Below are positions 1-12,287 of a DNA stretch of 20,891 nucleotides, in pieces. The position numbers and the translations under genes were made by a program. The notes below the pieces were generated by a model. It was not told the DNA's origin. It worked only from the letters and a program-made list of their open reading frames with translations, and made no database searches. The first letter of the stretch is position 1. Each line of letters starts with the position of its first letter. Origin of the DNA: Utricularia gibba (taxonomy: Eukaryota > Plantae > Magnoliophyta); the NCBI GenBank assembly GCA_002189035.1, contig NEEC01000118.1, positions 1-20,891 of the forward strand. Direction: 5' to 3'.

Positions 1-3000
1 ATATGCGATCAAGATGGAAAAAAGTCACATGTTACATCATGAATTTCGTGGCATCACTTATCCAACACTGTTGTATACTCAGGATATGCGTAAATATTTA
101 TTTTTAACAAATCCGGTGCACGTGTGATTTTTCGGCTGCATCCCGAATGGTGATGCGCAATGAAATGACTATGTCGCACATCCTGGTCCACGAAGCACCT
201 CTTCGAAAACATGTAGAGCCTTACTCTTCATAGCACACCATTGGGAAGCTTTATTCGTGCTCCAAGTAATATCATATGGAGTTACGTTTTTCCGATAACT
301 GTGGACATATTAAAAACAACTCAACGAAAAGTGTCTTCCGTGTCCTTCCTTGGTGGCTGCGTTTAATAATGTGCTTCTCGTTCTCGACATTGATGCAATA
401 CACGGCAAAAGAATCAAATAGCCACTAGAGACATGGTGTATGGGAATGGTGCATCAAGAATCAGAAGTATCATAGCAACTAATTGAATCAATCAACAGCC
501 AAAACATATGGTGTCAAACTTCATCGGATATGCGATCAAGATGGAAAAAAGTCACATGTTACATCATGAATTTCGTGGCATCACTTATCCAACACTGTTG
601 TATACTCAGGATATGCGTAAATATTTATTTTTAACAAATCCGGTGCACGTGTGATTTTTCGGCTGCATCCCGAATGGTGATGCGCAATGAAATGACTATG
701 TCGCACATCCTGGTCCACGAAGCACCTCTTCGAAAACATGTAGAGCCTTACTCTTCATAGCACACCATTGGGAAGCTTTATTCGTGCTCCAAGTAATATC
801 ATATGGAGTTACGTTTTTCCGATAACTGTGGACATATTAAAAACAACCTCAACGAAAAGTGTCTTCGTGTCCTTCCTTGGTGGCTGCGTCTAAGAATGTG
901 CTTCTCGTTCTCGACATTGATGCAAATGGATACACGGCAAAAGAATCAAATAGCCACTAGAGACATGGTGTATGGGAATGGTGCATCAAGAATCAGAAGT
1001 ATCATAGCAACTAATTGAATCAATCAACAGCCAAAACATATGGTGTCAAACTTCATCGGATATGCGATCAAGATGGAAAAAAAGTCACATGTTACATCAT
1101 GAATTTCGTGGCATCACTTATCCCAACACTGTTGTATACTCAGGATATGCGTAAATATTTATTTTTAACAAATCCGGTGCACGTGTGATTTTTCGGCTGC
1201 ATCCCGAATGGTGATGCGCAATGAAATGACTATGTCGCACATCCTGGTCCACGAAGCACCTCTTCGAAAACATGTAGAGCCTTACTCTTCATAGCACACC
1301 ATTGGGAAGCTTTATTCGTGCTCCAAGTAATATCATATGGAGTTACGTTTTTCCGATAACTGTGGACATATTAAAAACAACCTCAACGAAAAGTGTCTTC
1401 CGTGTCCTTCCTTGGTGGCTGCGTTTAAGAATGTGCTTCTCGTTCTCGACATTGATGCAAATGGGATACACGGCAAAAGAATCAAATAGCCACTAGAGAC
1501 ATGGTGTATGGGAATGGTGCATCAAGAATCAGAAGTATCATAGCAACTAATTGAATCAATCAACAGCCAAAACATATGGTGTCAAACTTCATCGGATATG
1601 CGATCAAGATGGAAAAAAGTCACATGTTACATCATGAATTTCGTGGCATCACTTATCCCAACACTGTTGTATACTCAGGATATGCGTAAATATTTATTTT
1701 TAACAAATCCGGTGCACGTGTGATTTTTCGGCTGCATCCCGAATGGTGATGCGCAATGAAATGACTATGTCGCACATCCTGGTCCACGAAGCACCTCTTC
1801 GAAAACATGTAGAGCCTTACTCTTCATAGCACACCATTGGGAAGCTTTATTCGTGCTCCAAGTAATATCATATGGAGTTACGTTTTTCCGATAACTGTGG
1901 ACATATTAAAAACAACCTCAACGAAAAGTGTCTTCCGTGTCCTTCCTTGGTGGCTGCGTCTAAGAATGTGCTTCTCGTTCTCGACATTGATGCAAATGGA
2001 TACACGGCAAAAGAATCAAATAGCCACTAGAGACATGGTGTATGGGAATGGTGCATCAAGAATCAGAAGTATCATAGCAACTAATTGAATCAATCAACAG
2101 CCAAAACATATGGTGTCAAACTTCATCGGATATGCGATCAAGATGGAAAAAAGTCACATGTTACATCATGAATTTCGTGGCATCACTTATCCCAACACTG
2201 TTGTATACTCAGGATATGCGTAAATATTTATTTTTAACAAATCCGGTGCACGTGTGATTTTTCGGCTGCATCCCGAATGGTGATGCGCAATGAAATGACT
2301 ATGTCGCACATCCTGGTCCACGAAGCACCTCTTCGAAAACATGTAGAGCCTTACTCTTCATAGCACACCATTGGGAAGCTTTATTCGTGCTCCAAGTAAT
2401 ATCATATGGAGTTACGTTTTTCCGATAACTGTGGACATATTAAAAACAACCTCAACGAAAAGTGTCTTCCGTGTCCTTCCTTGGTGGCTGCGTCTAAGAA
2501 TGTGCTTCTCGTTCTCGACATTGATGCAAATGGGATACACGGCAAAAGAATCAAATAGCCACTAGAGACATGGTGTATGGGAATGGTGCATCAAGAATCA
2601 GAAGTATCATAGCAACTAATTGAATCAATCAACAGCCAAAACATATGGTGTCAAACTTCATCGGATATGCGATCAAGATGGAAAAAAGTCACATGTTACA
2701 TCATGAATTTCGTGGCATCACTTATCCCAACACTGTTGTATACTCAGGATATGCGTAAATATTTATTTTTAACAAATCCGGTGCACGTGTGATTTTTCGG
2801 CTGCATCCCGAATGGTGATGCGCAATGAAATGACTATGTCGCACATCCTGGTCCACGAAGCACCTCTTCGAAAACATGTAGAGCCTTACTCTTCATAGCA
2901 CACCATTGGGAAGCTTTATTCGTGCTCCAAGTAATATCATATGGAGTTACGTTTTTCCGATAACTGTGGACATATTAAAAACAACCTCAACGAAAAGTGT

Positions 3001-5058
3001 CTTCCGTGTCCTTCCTTGGTGGCTGCGTTAAGAATGTGCTTCTCGTTCTCGACATTGATGCAAATGGGATACACGGCAAAAGAATCAAATAGCCACTAGA
3101 GACATGGTGTATGGGAATGGTGCATCAAGAATCAGAAGTATCATAGCAACTAATTGAATCAATCAACAGCCAAAACATATGGTGTCAAACTTCATCGGAT
3201 ATGCGATCAAGATGGAAAAAAGTCACATGTTACATCATGAATTTCGTGGCATCACTTATCCCAACACTGTTGTATACTCAGGATATGCGTAAATATTTAT
3301 TTTTAACAAATCCGGTGCACGTGTGATTTTTCGGCTGCATCCCGAATGGTGATGCGCAATGAAATGACTATGTCGCACATCCTGGTCCACGAAGCACCTC
3401 TTCGAAAACATGTAGAGCCTTACTCTTCATAGCACACCATTGGGAAGCTTTATTCGTGCTCCAAGTAATATCATATGGAGTTACGTTTTTCCGATAACTG
3501 TGGACATATTAAAAACAACCTCAACGAAAAGTGTCTTCCGTGTCCTTCCTTGGTGGCTGCGTTAAGAATGTGCTTCTCGTTCTCGACATTGATGCAAATG
3601 GGATACACGGCAAAAGAATCAAATAGCCACTAGAGACATGGTGTATGGGAATGGTGCATCAAGAATCAGAAGTATCATAGCAACTAATTGAATCAATCAA
3701 CAGCCAAAACATATGGTGTCAAACTTCATCGGATATGCGATCAAGATGGAAAAAAGTCACATGTTACATCATGAATTTCGTGGCATCACTTATCCCAACA
3801 CTGTTGTATACTCAGGATATGCGTAAATATTTATTTTTAACAAATCCGGTGCACGTGTGATTTTTCGGCTGCATCCCGAATGGTGATGCGCAATGAAATG
3901 ACTATGTCGCACATCCTGGTCCACGAAGCACCTCTTCGAAAACATGTAGAGCCTTACTCTTCATAGCACACCATTGGGAAGCTTTATTCGTGCTCCAAGT
4001 AATATCATATGGAGTTACGTTTTTCCGATAACTGTGGACATATTAAAAACAACCTCAACGAAAAGTGTCTTCCGTGTCCTTCCTTGGTGGCTGCGTCTAA
4101 GAATGTGCTTCTCGTTCTCGACATTGATGCAAATGGGATACACGGCAAAAGAATCAAATAGCCACTAGAGACATGGTGTATGGGAATGGTGCATCAAGAA
4201 TCAGAAGTATCATAGCAACTAATTGAATCAATCAACAGCCAAAACATATGGTGTCAAACTTCATCGGATATGCGATCAAGATGGAAAAAAGTCACATGTT
4301 ACATCATGAATTTCGTGGCATCACTTATCCCAACACTGTTGTATACTCAGGATATGCGTAAATATTTATTTTTAACAAATCCGGTGCACGTGTGATTTTT
4401 CGGCTGCATCCCGAATGGTGATGCGCAATGAAATGACTATGTCGCACATCCTGGTCCACGAAGCACCTCTTCGAAAACATGTAGAGCCTTACTCTTCATA
4501 GCACACCATTGGGAAGCTTTATTCGTGCTCCAAGTAATATCATATGGAGTTACGTTTTTCCGATAACTGTGGACATATTAAAAACAACCTCAACGAAAAG
4601 TGTCTTCCGTGTCCTTCCTTGGTGGCTGCGTCTAAGAATGTGCTTCTCGTTCTCGACATTGATGCAAATGGGATACACGGCAAAAGAATCAAATAGCCAC
4701 TAGAGACATGGTGTATGGGAATGGTGCATCAAGAATCAGAAGTATCATAGCAACTAATTGAATCAATCAACAGCCAAAACATATGGTGTCAAACTTCATC
4801 GGATATGCGATCAAGATGGAAAAAAGTCACATGTTACATCATGAATTTCGTGGCATCACTTATCCCAACACTGTTGTATACTCAGGATATGCGTAAATAT
4901 TTATTTTTAACAAATCCGGTGCACGTGTGATTTTTCGGCTGCATCCCGAATGGTGATGCGCAATGAAATGACTATGTCGCACATCCTGGTCCACGAAGCA
5001 CCTCTTCGAAAACATGTAGAGCCTTACTCTTCATAGCACACCATTGGGAAGCTTTATT

Positions 5059-5089
5059 CGTGCTCCAAGTAATATCATATGGAGTTACG
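5059..5089 (-). promoter_or_regulatory. Stem-loop with a nonanucleotide-like loop (minus strand TGATATTAC, 5069-5077); candidate rolling-circle nick site, present once per unit
   Basis: The plus strand reads CGTG-CTCCA-[AGTAATATCATA]-TGGAG-TTACG: a perfect 5-bp stem with a 3-bp CGT/ACG extension across an internal loop. The minus-strand loop TATGATATTACT matches TATAATATTAC at 10 of 11 positions. The hairpin is seen in the sequence; its function is inferred. Confidence 0.4.
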
Positions 5090-5134
5090 TTTTTCCGATA
5101 ACTGTGGACATATTAAAAACAACCTCAACGAAAA

Positions 5135-5153
5135 GTGTCTTCCGTGTCCTTCC
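5135..5153 (+). repeat. Short tandem direct repeat GTGTCTTCC / GTGTCCTTCC in each unit (iteron-like)
   Basis: Adjacent 9- and 10-nt copies differing by one C, about 45 nt from the hairpin. Confidence 0.6.
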
Positions 5154-8100
5154 TTGGTGGCTGCGTCTAAGAATGTGCTTCTCGTTCTCGACATTGATGC
5201 AAATGGGATACACGGCAAAAGAATCAAATAGCCACTAGAGACATGGTGTATGGGAATGGTGCATCAAGAATCAGAAGTATCATAGCAACTAATTGAATCA
5301 ATCAACAGCCAAAACATATGGTGTCAAACTTCATCGGATATGCGATCAAGATGGAAAAAAGTCACATGTTACATCATGAATTTCGTGGCATCACTTATCC
5401 CAACACTGTTGTATACTCAGGATATGCGTAAATATTTATTTTTAACAAATCCGGTGCACGTGTGATTTTTCGGCTGCATCCCGAATGGTGATGCGCAATG
5501 AAATGACTATGTCGCACATCCTGGTCCACGAAGCACCTCTTCGAAAACATGTAGAGCCTTACTCTTCATAGCACACCATTGGGAAGCTTTATTCGTGCTC
5601 CAAGTAATATCATATGGAGTTACGTTTTTCCGATAACTGTGGACATATTAAAAACAACCTCAACGAAAAGTGTCTTCCGTGTCCTTCCTTGGTGGCTGCG
5701 TCTAAGAATGTGCTTCTCGTTCTCGACATTGATGCAAATGGGATACACGGCAAAAGAATCAAATAGCCACTAGAGACATGGTGTATGGGAATGGTGCATC
5801 AAGAATCAGAAGTATCATAGCAACTAATTGAATCAATCAACAGCCAAAACATATGGTGTCAAACTTCATCGGATATGCGATCAAGATGGAAAAAAGTCAC
5901 ATGTTACATCATGAATTTCGTGGCATCACTTATCCCAACACTGTTGTATACTCAGGATATGCGTAAATATTTATTTTTAACAAATCCGGTGCACGTGTGA
6001 TTTTTCGGCTGCATCCCGAATGGTGATGCGCAATGAAATGACTATGTCGCACATCCTGGTCCACGAAGCACCTCTTCGAAAACATGTAGAGCCTTACTCT
6101 TCATAGCACACCATTGGGAAGCTTTATTCGTGCTCCAAGTAATATCATATGGAGTTACGTTTTTCCGATAACTGTGGACATATTAAAAACAACCTCAACG
6201 AAAAGTGTCTTCCGTGTCCTTCCTTGGTGGCTGCGTCTAAGAATGTGCTTCTCGTTCTCGACATTGATGCAAATGGGATACACGGCAAAAGAATCAAATA
6301 GCCACTAGAGACATGGTGTATGGGAATGGTGCATCAAGAATCAGAAGTATCATAGCAACTAATTGAATCAATCAACAGCCAAAACATATGGTGTCAAACT
6401 TCATCGGATATGCGATCAAGATGGAAAAAAGTCACATGTTACATCATGAATTTCGTGGCATCACTTATCCCAACACTGTTGTATACTCAGGATATGCGTA
6501 AATATTTATTTTTAACAAATCCGGTGCACGTGTGATTTTTCGGCTGCATCCCGAATGGTGATGCGCAATGAAATGACTATGTCGCACATCCTGGTCCACG
6601 AAGCACCTCTTCGAAACATGTAGAGCCTTACTCTTCATAGCACACCATTGGGAAGCTTTATTCGTGCTCCAAGTAATATCATATGGAGTTACGTTTTTCC
6701 GATAACTGTGGACATATTAAAAACAACCTCAACGAAAAGTGTCTTCCGTGTCCTTCCTTGGTGGCTGCGTCTAAGAATGTGCTTCTCGTTCTCGACATTG
6801 ATGCAAATGGGATACACGGCAAAAGAATCAAATAGCCACTAGAGACATGGTGTATGGGAATGGTGCATCAAGAATCAGAAGTATCATAGCAACTAATTGA
6901 ATCAATCAACAGCCAAAACATATGGTGTCAAACTTCATCGGATATGCGATCAAGATGGAAAAAAGTCACATGTTACATCATGAATTTCGTGGCATCACTT
7001 ATCCCAACACTGTTGTATACTCAGGATATGCGTAAATATTTATTTTTAACAAATCCGGTGCACGTGTGATTTTTCGGCTGCATCCCGAATGGTGATGCGC
7101 AATGAAATGACTATGTCGCACATCCTGGTCCACGAAGCACCTCTTCGAAACATGTAGAGCCTTACTCTTCATAGCACACCATTGGGAAGCTTTATTCGTG
7201 CTCCAAGTAATATCATATGGAGTTACGTTTTTCCGATAACTGTGGACATATTAAAAACAACCTCAACGAAAAGTGTCTTCCGTGTCCTTCCTTGGTGGCT
7301 GCGTCTAAGAATGTGCTTCTCGTTCTCGACATTGATGCAAATGGGATACACGGCAAAAGAATCAAATAGCCACTAGAGACATGGTGTATGGGAATGGTGC
7401 ATCAAGAATCAGAAGTATCATAGCAACTAATTGAATCAATCAACAGCCAAAACATATGGTGTCAAACTTCATCGGATATGCGATCAAGATGGAAAAAAGT
7501 CACATGTTACATCATGAATTTCGTGGCATCACTTATCCCAACACTGTTGTATACTCAGGATATGCGTAAATATTTATTTTTAACAAATCCGGTGCACGTG
7601 TGATTTTTCGGCTGCATCCCGAATGGTGATGCGCAATGAAATGACTATGTCGCACATCCTGGTCCACGAAGCACCTCTTCGAAAACATGTAGAGCCTTAC
7701 TCTTCATAGCACACCATTGGGAAGCTTTATTCGTGCTCCAAGTAATATCATATGGAGTTACGTTTTTCCGATAACTGTGGACATATTAAAAACAACCTCA
7801 ACGAAAAGTGTCTTCCGTGTCCTTCCTTGGTGGCTGCGTCTAAGAATGTGCTTCTCGTTCTCGACATTGATGCAAATGGGATACACGGCAAAAGAATCAA
7901 ATAGCCACTAGAGACATGGTGTATGGGAATGGTGCATCAAGAATCAGAAGTATCATAGCAACTAATTGAATCAATCAACAGCCAAAACATATGGTGTCAA
8001 ACTTCATCGGATATGCGATCAAGATGGAAAAAAGTCACATGTTACATCATGAATTTCGTGGCATCACTTATCCCAACACTGTTGTATACTCAGGATATGC

Positions 8101-11100
8101 GTAAATATTTATTTTTAACAAATCCGGTGCACGTGTGATTTTTCGGCTGCATCCCGAATGGTGATGCGCAATGAAATGACTATGTCGCACATCCTGGTCC
8201 ACGAAGCACCTCTTCGAAAACATGTAGAGCCTTACTCTTCATAGCACACCATTGGGAAGCTTTATTCGTGCTCCAAGTAATATCATATGGAGTTACGTTT
8301 TTCCGATAACTGTGGACATATTAAAAACAACCTCAACGAAAAGTGTCTTCCGTGTCCTTCCTTGGTGGCTGCGTCTAAGAATGTGCTTCTCGTTCTCGAC
8401 ATTGATGCAAATGGGATACACGGCAAAAGAATCAAATAGCCACTAGAGACATGGTGTATGGGAATGGTGCATCAAGAATCAGAAGTATCATAGCAACTAA
8501 TTGAATCAATCAACAGCCAAAACATATGGTGTCAAACTTCATCGGATATGCGATCAAGATGGAAAAAAGTCACATGTTACATCATGAATTTCGTGGCATC
8601 ACTTATCCCAACACTGTTGTATACTCAGGATATGCGTAAATATTTATTTTTAACAAATCCGGTGCACGTGTGATTTTTCGGCTGCATCCCGAATGGTGAT
8701 GCGCAATGAAATGACTATGTCGCACATCCTGGTCCACGAAGCACCTCTTCGAAAACATGTAGAGCCTTACTCTTCATAGCACACCATTGGGAAGCTTTAT
8801 TCGTGCTCCAAGTAATATCATATGGAGTTACGTTTTTCCGATAACTGTGGACATATTAAAAACAACCTCAACGAAAAGTGTCTTCCGTGTCCTTCCTTGG
8901 TGGCTGCGTCTAAGAATGTGCTTCTCGTTCTCGACATTGATGCAAATGGGATACACGGCAAAAGAATCAAATAGCCACTAGAGACATGGTGTATGGGAAT
9001 GGTGCATCAAGAATCAGAAGTATCATAGCAACTAATTGAATCAATCAACAGCCAAAACATATGGTGTCAAACTTCATCGGATATGCGATCAAGATGGAAA
9101 AAAGTCACATGTTACATCATGAATTTCGTGGCATCACTTATCCCAACACTGTTGTATACTCAGGATATGCGTAAATATTTATTTTTAACAAATCCGGTGC
9201 ACGTGTGATTTTTCGGCTGCATCCCGAATGGTGATGCGCAATGAAATGACTATGTCGCACATCCTGGTCCACGAAGCACCTCTTCGAAACATGTAGAGCC
9301 TTACTCTTCATAGCACACCATTGGGAAGCTTTATTCGTGCTCCAAGTAATATCATATGGAGTTACGTTTTTCCGATAACTGTGGACATATTAAAAACAAC
9401 CTCAACGAAAAGTGTCTTCCGTGTCCTTCCTTGGTGGCTGCGTCTAAGAATGTGCTTCTCGTTCTCGACATTGATGCAAATGGGATACACGGCAAAAGAA
9501 TCAAATAGCCACTAGAGACATGGTGTATGGGAATGGTGCATCAAGAATCAGAAGTATCATAGCAACTAATTGAATCAATCAACAGCCAAAACATATGGTG
9601 TCAAACTTCATCGGATATGCGATCAAGATGGAAAAAAGTCACATGTTACATCATGAATTTCGTGGCATCACTTATCCCAACACTGTTGTATACTCAGGAT
9701 ATGCGTAAATATTTATTTTTAACAAATCCGGTGCACGTGTGATTTTTCGGCTGCATCCCGAATGGTGATGCGCAATGAAATGACTATGTCGCACATCCTG
9801 GTCCACGAAGCACCTCTTCGAAAACATGTAGAGCCTTACTCTTCATAGCACACCATTGGGAAGCTTTATTCGTGCTCCAAGTAATATCATATGGAGTTAC
9901 GTTTTTCCGATAACTGTGGACATATTAAAAACAACCTCAACGAAAAGTGTCTTCCGTGTCCTTCCTTGGTGGCTGCGTCTAAGAATGTGCTTCTCGTTCT
10001 CGACATTGATGCAAATGGGATACACGGCAAAAGAATCAAATAGCCACTAGAGACATGGTGTATGGGAATGGTGCATCAAGAATCAGAAGTATCATAGCAA
10101 CTAATTGAATCAATCAACAGCCAAAACATATGGTGTCAAACTTCATCGGATATGCGATCAAGATGGAAAAAAGTCACATGTTACATCATGAATTTCGTGG
10201 CATCACTTATCCCAACACTGTTGTATACTCAGGATATGCGTAAATATTTATTTTTAACAAATCCGGTGCACGTGTGATTTTTCGGCTGCATCCCGAATGG
10301 TGATGCGCAATGAAATGACTATGTCGCACATCCTGGTCCACGAAGCACCTCTTCGAAAACATGTAGAGCCTTACTCTTCATAGCACACCATTGGGAAGCT
10401 TTATTCGTGCTCCAAGTAATATCATATGGAGTTACGTTTTTCCGATAACTGTGGACATATTAAAAACAACCTCAACGAAAAGTGTCTTCCGTGTCCTTCC
10501 TTGGTGGCTGCGTCTAAGAATGTGCTTCTCGTTCTCGACATTGATGCAAATGGGATACACGGCAAAAGAATCAAATAGCCACTAGAGACATGGTGTATGG
10601 GAATGGTGCATCAAGAATCAGAAGTATCATAGCAACTAATTGAATCAATCAACAGCCAAAACATATGGTGTCAAACTTCATCGGATATGCGATCAAGATG
10701 GAAAAAAGTCACATGTTACATCATGAATTTCGTGGCATCACTTATCCCAACACTGTTGTATACTCAGGATATGCGTAAATATTTATTTTTAACAAATCCG
10801 GTGCACGTGTGATTTTTCGGCTGCATCCCGAATGGTGATGCGCAATGAAATGACTATGTCGCACATCCTGGTCCACGAAGCACCTCTTCGAAAACATGTA
10901 GAGCCTTACTCTTCATAGCACACCATTGGGAAGCTTTATTCGTGCTCCAAGTAATATCATATGGAGTTACGTTTTTCCGATAACTGTGGACATATTAAAA
11001 ACAACCTCAACGAAAAGTGTCTTCCGTGTCCTTCCTTGGTGGCTGCGTCTAAGAATGTGCTTCTCGTTCTCGACATTGATGCAAATGGGATACACGGCAA

Positions 11101-12287
11101 AAGAATCAAATAGCCACTAGAGACATGGTGTATGGGAATGGTGCATCAAGAATCAGAAGTATCATAGCAACTAATTGAATCAATCAACAGCCAAAACATA
11201 TGGTGTCAAACTTCATCGGATATGCGATCAAGATGGAAAAAAGTCACATGTTACATCATGAATTTCGTGGCATCACTTATCCCAACACTGTTGTATACTC
11301 AGGATATGCGTAAATATTTATTTTTAACAAATCCGGTGCACGTGTGATTTTTCGGCTGCATCCCGAATGGTGATGCGCAATGAAATGACTATGTCGCACA
11401 TCCTGGTCCACGAAGCACCTCTTCGAAAACATGTAGAGCCTTACTCTTCATAGCACACCATTGGGAAGCTTTATTCGTGCTCCAAGTAATATCATATGGA
11501 GTTACGTTTTTCCGATAACTGTGGACATATTAAAAACAACCTCAACGAAAAGTGTCTTCCGTGTCCTTCCTTGGTGGCTGCGTCTAAGAATGTGCTTCTC
11601 GTTCTCGACATTGATGCAAATGGGATACACGGCAAAAGAATCAAATAGCCACTAGAGACATGGTGTATGGGAATGGTGCATCAAGAATCAGAAGTATCAT
11701 AGCAACTAATTGAATCAATCAACAGCCAAAACATATGGTGTCAAACTTCATCGGATATGCGATCAAGATGGAAAAAAGTCACATGTTACATCATGAATTT
11801 CGTGGCATCACTTATCCCAACACTGTTGTATACTCAGGATATGCGTAAATATTTATTTTTAACAAATCCGGTGCACGTGTGATTTTTCGGCTGCATCCCG
11901 AATGGTGATGCGCAATGAAATGACTATGTCGCACATCCTGGTCCACGAAGCACCTCTTCGAAAATGTAGAGCCTTACTCTTCATAGCACACCATTGGGAA
12001 GCTTTATTCGTGCTCCAAGTAATATCATATGGAGTTACGTTTTTCCGATAACTGTGGACATATTAAAAACAACCTCAACGAAAAGTGTCTTCCGTGTCCT
12101 TCCTTGGTGGCTGCGTCTAAGAATGTGCTTCTCGTTCTCGACATTGATGCAAATGGGATACACGGCAAAAGAATCAAATAGCCACTAGAGACATGGTGTA
12201 TGGGAATGGTGCATCAAGAATCAGAAGTATCATAGCAACTAATTGAATCAATCAACAGCCAAAACATATGGTGTCAAACTTCATCGG

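Larger units (their letters stand above)
4803..5337. repeat. Representative consensus monomer (copy 10), 535 bp, about 41% GC, no recognisable gene
   Basis: Exact 535-nt distance to the next ATATGCGATC. Hand count gives 219 G+C and 21 CpG. All six frames contain stops, and 535 is not divisible by 3. Confidence 0.97.

Noticed and set aside
4801-4893. 9-bp direct repeat GGATATGCG, and about 12 palindromic hexamers per unit
   Set aside because: Both are near chance expectation for 535 nt (about 0.5 repeated 9-mers and about 9 palindromic hexamers).
4934-4950. Stem with 7-nt loop CTGCATC resembling a tRNA-Cys anticodon arm
   Set aside because: Position 37 is not a purine, and there is no acceptor stem, D arm or T arm.
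5044-5238. Repeated 64-aa ORF MGSFIRAPSNIIW... and its 61-83 aa variants
   Set aside because: TTG start, no ribosome-binding site and no recognisable domain. Identity across copies only reflects the repeat, and the longer variants arise from single-base indels.
5326-5345. Hammerhead-like CCGATGA on the minus strand (viroid or retrozyme idea)
   Set aside because: It is not the canonical CUGAnGA, no stem II followed by GAAA is evident, and I see no rod-like self-complementarity across the unit.
5293-5379. Peptide ...KTYGVKLHRICDQDG... resembling the YGxKLH motif of IS982/IS5-like transposases
   Set aside because: Only 28 codons between stops, with no matching upstream or downstream catalytic motifs and no terminal inverted repeats.
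5318-5431. 37-aa ORF containing ITYP, reminiscent of geminivirus Rep motif I (FLTYP)
   Set aside because: A three-residue match (TYP) only, with no motif II or III or helicase motifs, and far too short.
5079-5465. 128-codon frame (MELRFSDNCGH...) that is open if TAG is read as Gln
   Set aside because: By rough estimate such a length is not unexpected once alternative codes and six frames are tried. FSDNCGH only loosely recalls eukaryotic DDE-transposase motifs, and the downstream motifs are missing.
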